A DNA stretch of 20,000 nt, from the IMG/VR virus record IMGVR_UViG_3300025132_000024; one strand, written 5' to 3'. Below are positions 18,169 through 20,000 of the stretch, one piece after another. The position numbers and the translations under genes were made by a program. Below the pieces are notes generated by a model. It was not told where the DNA came from, made no database searches, and was given only the letters and a program-made list of their open reading frames with translations. Source of the stretch: an uncultured virus (IMG/VR IMGVR_UViG_3300025132_000024) (Duplodnaviria > Heunggongvirae > Uroviricota > Caudoviricetes). Position 1 is the first letter of the stretch, and each line of letters opens with the position of its first letter.

Positions 18169-18170
18169 AG

Positions 18171-20000
18171 ATGGCAAACGAATTCATAATAAAACACGGC
18201 TTTCATTCGAAAGGCAATTCTGAAATAACAGGATCATTAGGCATTTCAAGTGGCTTAAGGGTTATCGGAACAGCATCAGCTAGCAAATTCACAGCAATTA
18301 GCGGAAGCGCGGGACTACCTGCATATACATTTCATCATCAAGGCACTACAGGAATGTATTCACAAGGAAATGGGTACTTACAATTTCAAGTAGCAGCCGG
18401 CGGAAGTCCAGAAATAGAAATTACAACAGGACAAATTATATTCAGAAAATATTTGAATATGAATAATAATTATATTCAAAATATTTCTAGAATAATACGT
18501 TTAGGAAGTATAACAGGATCTTTAAGCGGAAATAATTTAGGTATGTCTGCTTCATTAGATTTAGTTGGAGATTTATCTATAAGTAAAACAATAGGTACTG
18601 CAGCACCAGGTACAGGAACAACTCATTCAATAGCAGTAACAGTGGCAGATGTAAACGGCGCTAATAAATATTTATTAGATGGTGTAGTTACAGCTTCAAT
18701 TGTCATGAATCAAGGCGATGCCTATAAATTCGATCAGTCAGATTCAAGTAATGGCAGTGGTGGAAGTCATCCATTTAGATTTTCAACTGATGCTGGCGGG
18801 AGTTCTCAATATAGTGTAGGAGTAGTAGTAGCAGGTTCTCCAGGATCTGGTGGAGCATATACATTGATATCAGTTACTAGTGCAACAACAGCGCCATTAT
18901 ATTATTATTGTACCAATCACGGTAATATGGGATTAGGGGGAATATTATCTGTTGATTCTGGGTCATTGAATACTTTAGCCGGAAGTGCAAAAATAACCGG
19001 TTCATTAAATGTTACGGGATCAACAAATATAGTAGGTGGTCTTACAGCAACAACTATATCAGGTGATGGTTCTGGATTAACAAATATTATACCTAGCAAT
19101 ACCGTTTCATCATCTGCACAAGTTAAAGCATTTTTACCAAGTGGTACCGTTAGTTCATCCGCACAAATATCTGCTTCTGCGGCAGCATCAGGATTTGGAT
19201 CTGGAGGTAGCGGCGGCGGCGGATCAAGTATATTTACAGATTCTAATGGGTTTAAACTAACTAACAACAATTTAATTGTTTCAAAATCTGCAGCAGGAGC
19301 TTTAACATCATCATTATCAGTACAAGGATCTGGTTCAAGTATATTTGAAGTAAAAGGGGCAGCAGGACAATTATTTGATGTGCAAGATGGATTAGATGGC
19401 GTGTTAATGTCTGTTAATGATATATCAGGTATTCCTATATTAACAGTATCATCTTCAGGGGATGTAATATTAGCAGCAGGATCAAATTTATTAGGTACGG
19501 CATCTGTAGCTTTAAATGTACCGGGAGCAACATCAGCTTTCCCATTTACTGGTAATGCCTTAATAACTGGAGAGTTAGATATAACAGGATCAGGTAATGA
19601 CATATTTAAAGTAAGATCATCATCAGGATCACTATTTTCAGTAGATGATGGATTAGATGGCATTCTAATGTCTGTTAATGATATTTCTGGTTTACCGTTA
19701 TTTGAAATATCTTCATCAGGCGATGTAAGATTAATAGAAGGAAATATTTCTGGTAGTGCAGCATATACTGCATCATTTGGACATTTGATAGTCAATGGCG
19801 TAGCTATCACAGGTTCTGGTGGCGGTGGCAGTGGAGGTAGCGGAACTACTGTAGTAGCGAATCCAGGATCTTCCGGTGATGGAGCATTATCAACTATTAC
19901 AATTGGATCTCAAAATTTTAGTGTCGGCGGAGGTGCTTCAATCGATACAGGCAGTTTAGGTAGTACAACTATCACTGGATCATTAATCGTTTCAGAATCT
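18171..20000 (+). CDS. Tail-fibre-like protein with a cupredoxin-like domain, 3'-partial (>=610 aa); not in the ORF track
   Basis: MANEFIIKHGFHSKGNSEITGSL... is open to the window end by manual translation. Contains YKFDQSDSSN...HPFRFST...LYYYCTNHGNMG (about 18621-18950), Gly-rich hinges and two copies of the GSG..IF.V....G.LF.V.DGLDG.LMSVNDISG.P module. Confidence 0.85.
   Translation, partial: MANEFIIKHGFHSKGNSEITGSLGISSGLRVIGTASASKFTAISGSAGLPAYTFHHQGTTGMYSQGNGYLQFQVAAGGSPEIEITTGQIIFRKYLNMNNNYIQNISRIIRLGSITGSLSGNNLGMSASLDLVGDLSISKTIGTAAPGTGTTHSIAVTVADVNGANKYLLDGVVTASIVMNQGDAYKFDQSDSSNGSGGSHPFRFSTDAGGSSQYSVGVVVAGSPGSGGAYTLISVTSATTAPLYYYCTNHGNMGLGGILSVDSGSLNTLAGSAKITGSLNVTGSTNIVGGLTATTISGDGSGLTNIIPSNTVSSSAQVKAFLPSGTVSSSAQISASAAASGFGSGGSGGGGSSIFTDSNGFKLTNNNLIVSKSAAGALTSSLSVQGSGSSIFEVKGAAGQLFDVQDGLDGVLMSVNDISGIPILTVSSSGDVILAAGSNLLGTASVALNVPGATSAFPFTGNALITGELDITGSGNDIFKVRSSSGSLFSVDDGLDGILMSVNDISGLPLFEISSSGDVRLIEGNISGSAAYTASFGHLIVNGVAITGSGGGGSGGSGTTVVANPGSSGDGALSTITIGSQNFSVGGGASIDTGSLGSTTITGSLIVSES

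Noticed and set aside
132..19810. Minus-strand ORFs in the track (132..437, 2895..3257, 4386..4610, 4940..5188, 5746..5943, 7200..7526, 7674..7868, 7938..8438, 10051..10266, 12017..12346, 12401..12607, 18917..19810)
   Set aside because: They lie antisense to well-supported + strand genes. Most are Pro/Asp-rich mirror translations of GGA-TCA/GGT-TCT codon runs; 18917..19810 is the shadow of the untracked 18171..>20000 gene.

Overview
AT-rich, gene-dense window with every credible gene on the + strand. It is best read as the virion fibre/adhesin region of a large tailed phage. This is an inference: no capsid, portal, terminase or replication gene lies in the window. It holds five very long Ser/Gly/Thr-rich fibre-like proteins built from shared modules. 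Two of these run off the window edges (<1..4002 and 18171..>20000), and the ORF track truncates the first and misses the second. It also holds a 300-aa putative structural protein, two small paralogous ORFs (one missed by the track), and a translationally coupled array of six LamG/concanavalin-A-like lectin genes with conserved ends and divergent cores. Most notable: (i) an indel-free 885-bp duplication between two adjacent fibre genes, about 89% identical in protein but heavily changed at synonymous sites; (ii) a candidate three-way-junction leader RNA at 7411-7474; (iii) a type-1 copper (cupredoxin-like) ligand set in the last fibre; (iv) an ATATTTATA motif in four intergenic gaps. No tRNA, rRNA, CRISPR array, integrase or reverse transcriptase was seen.
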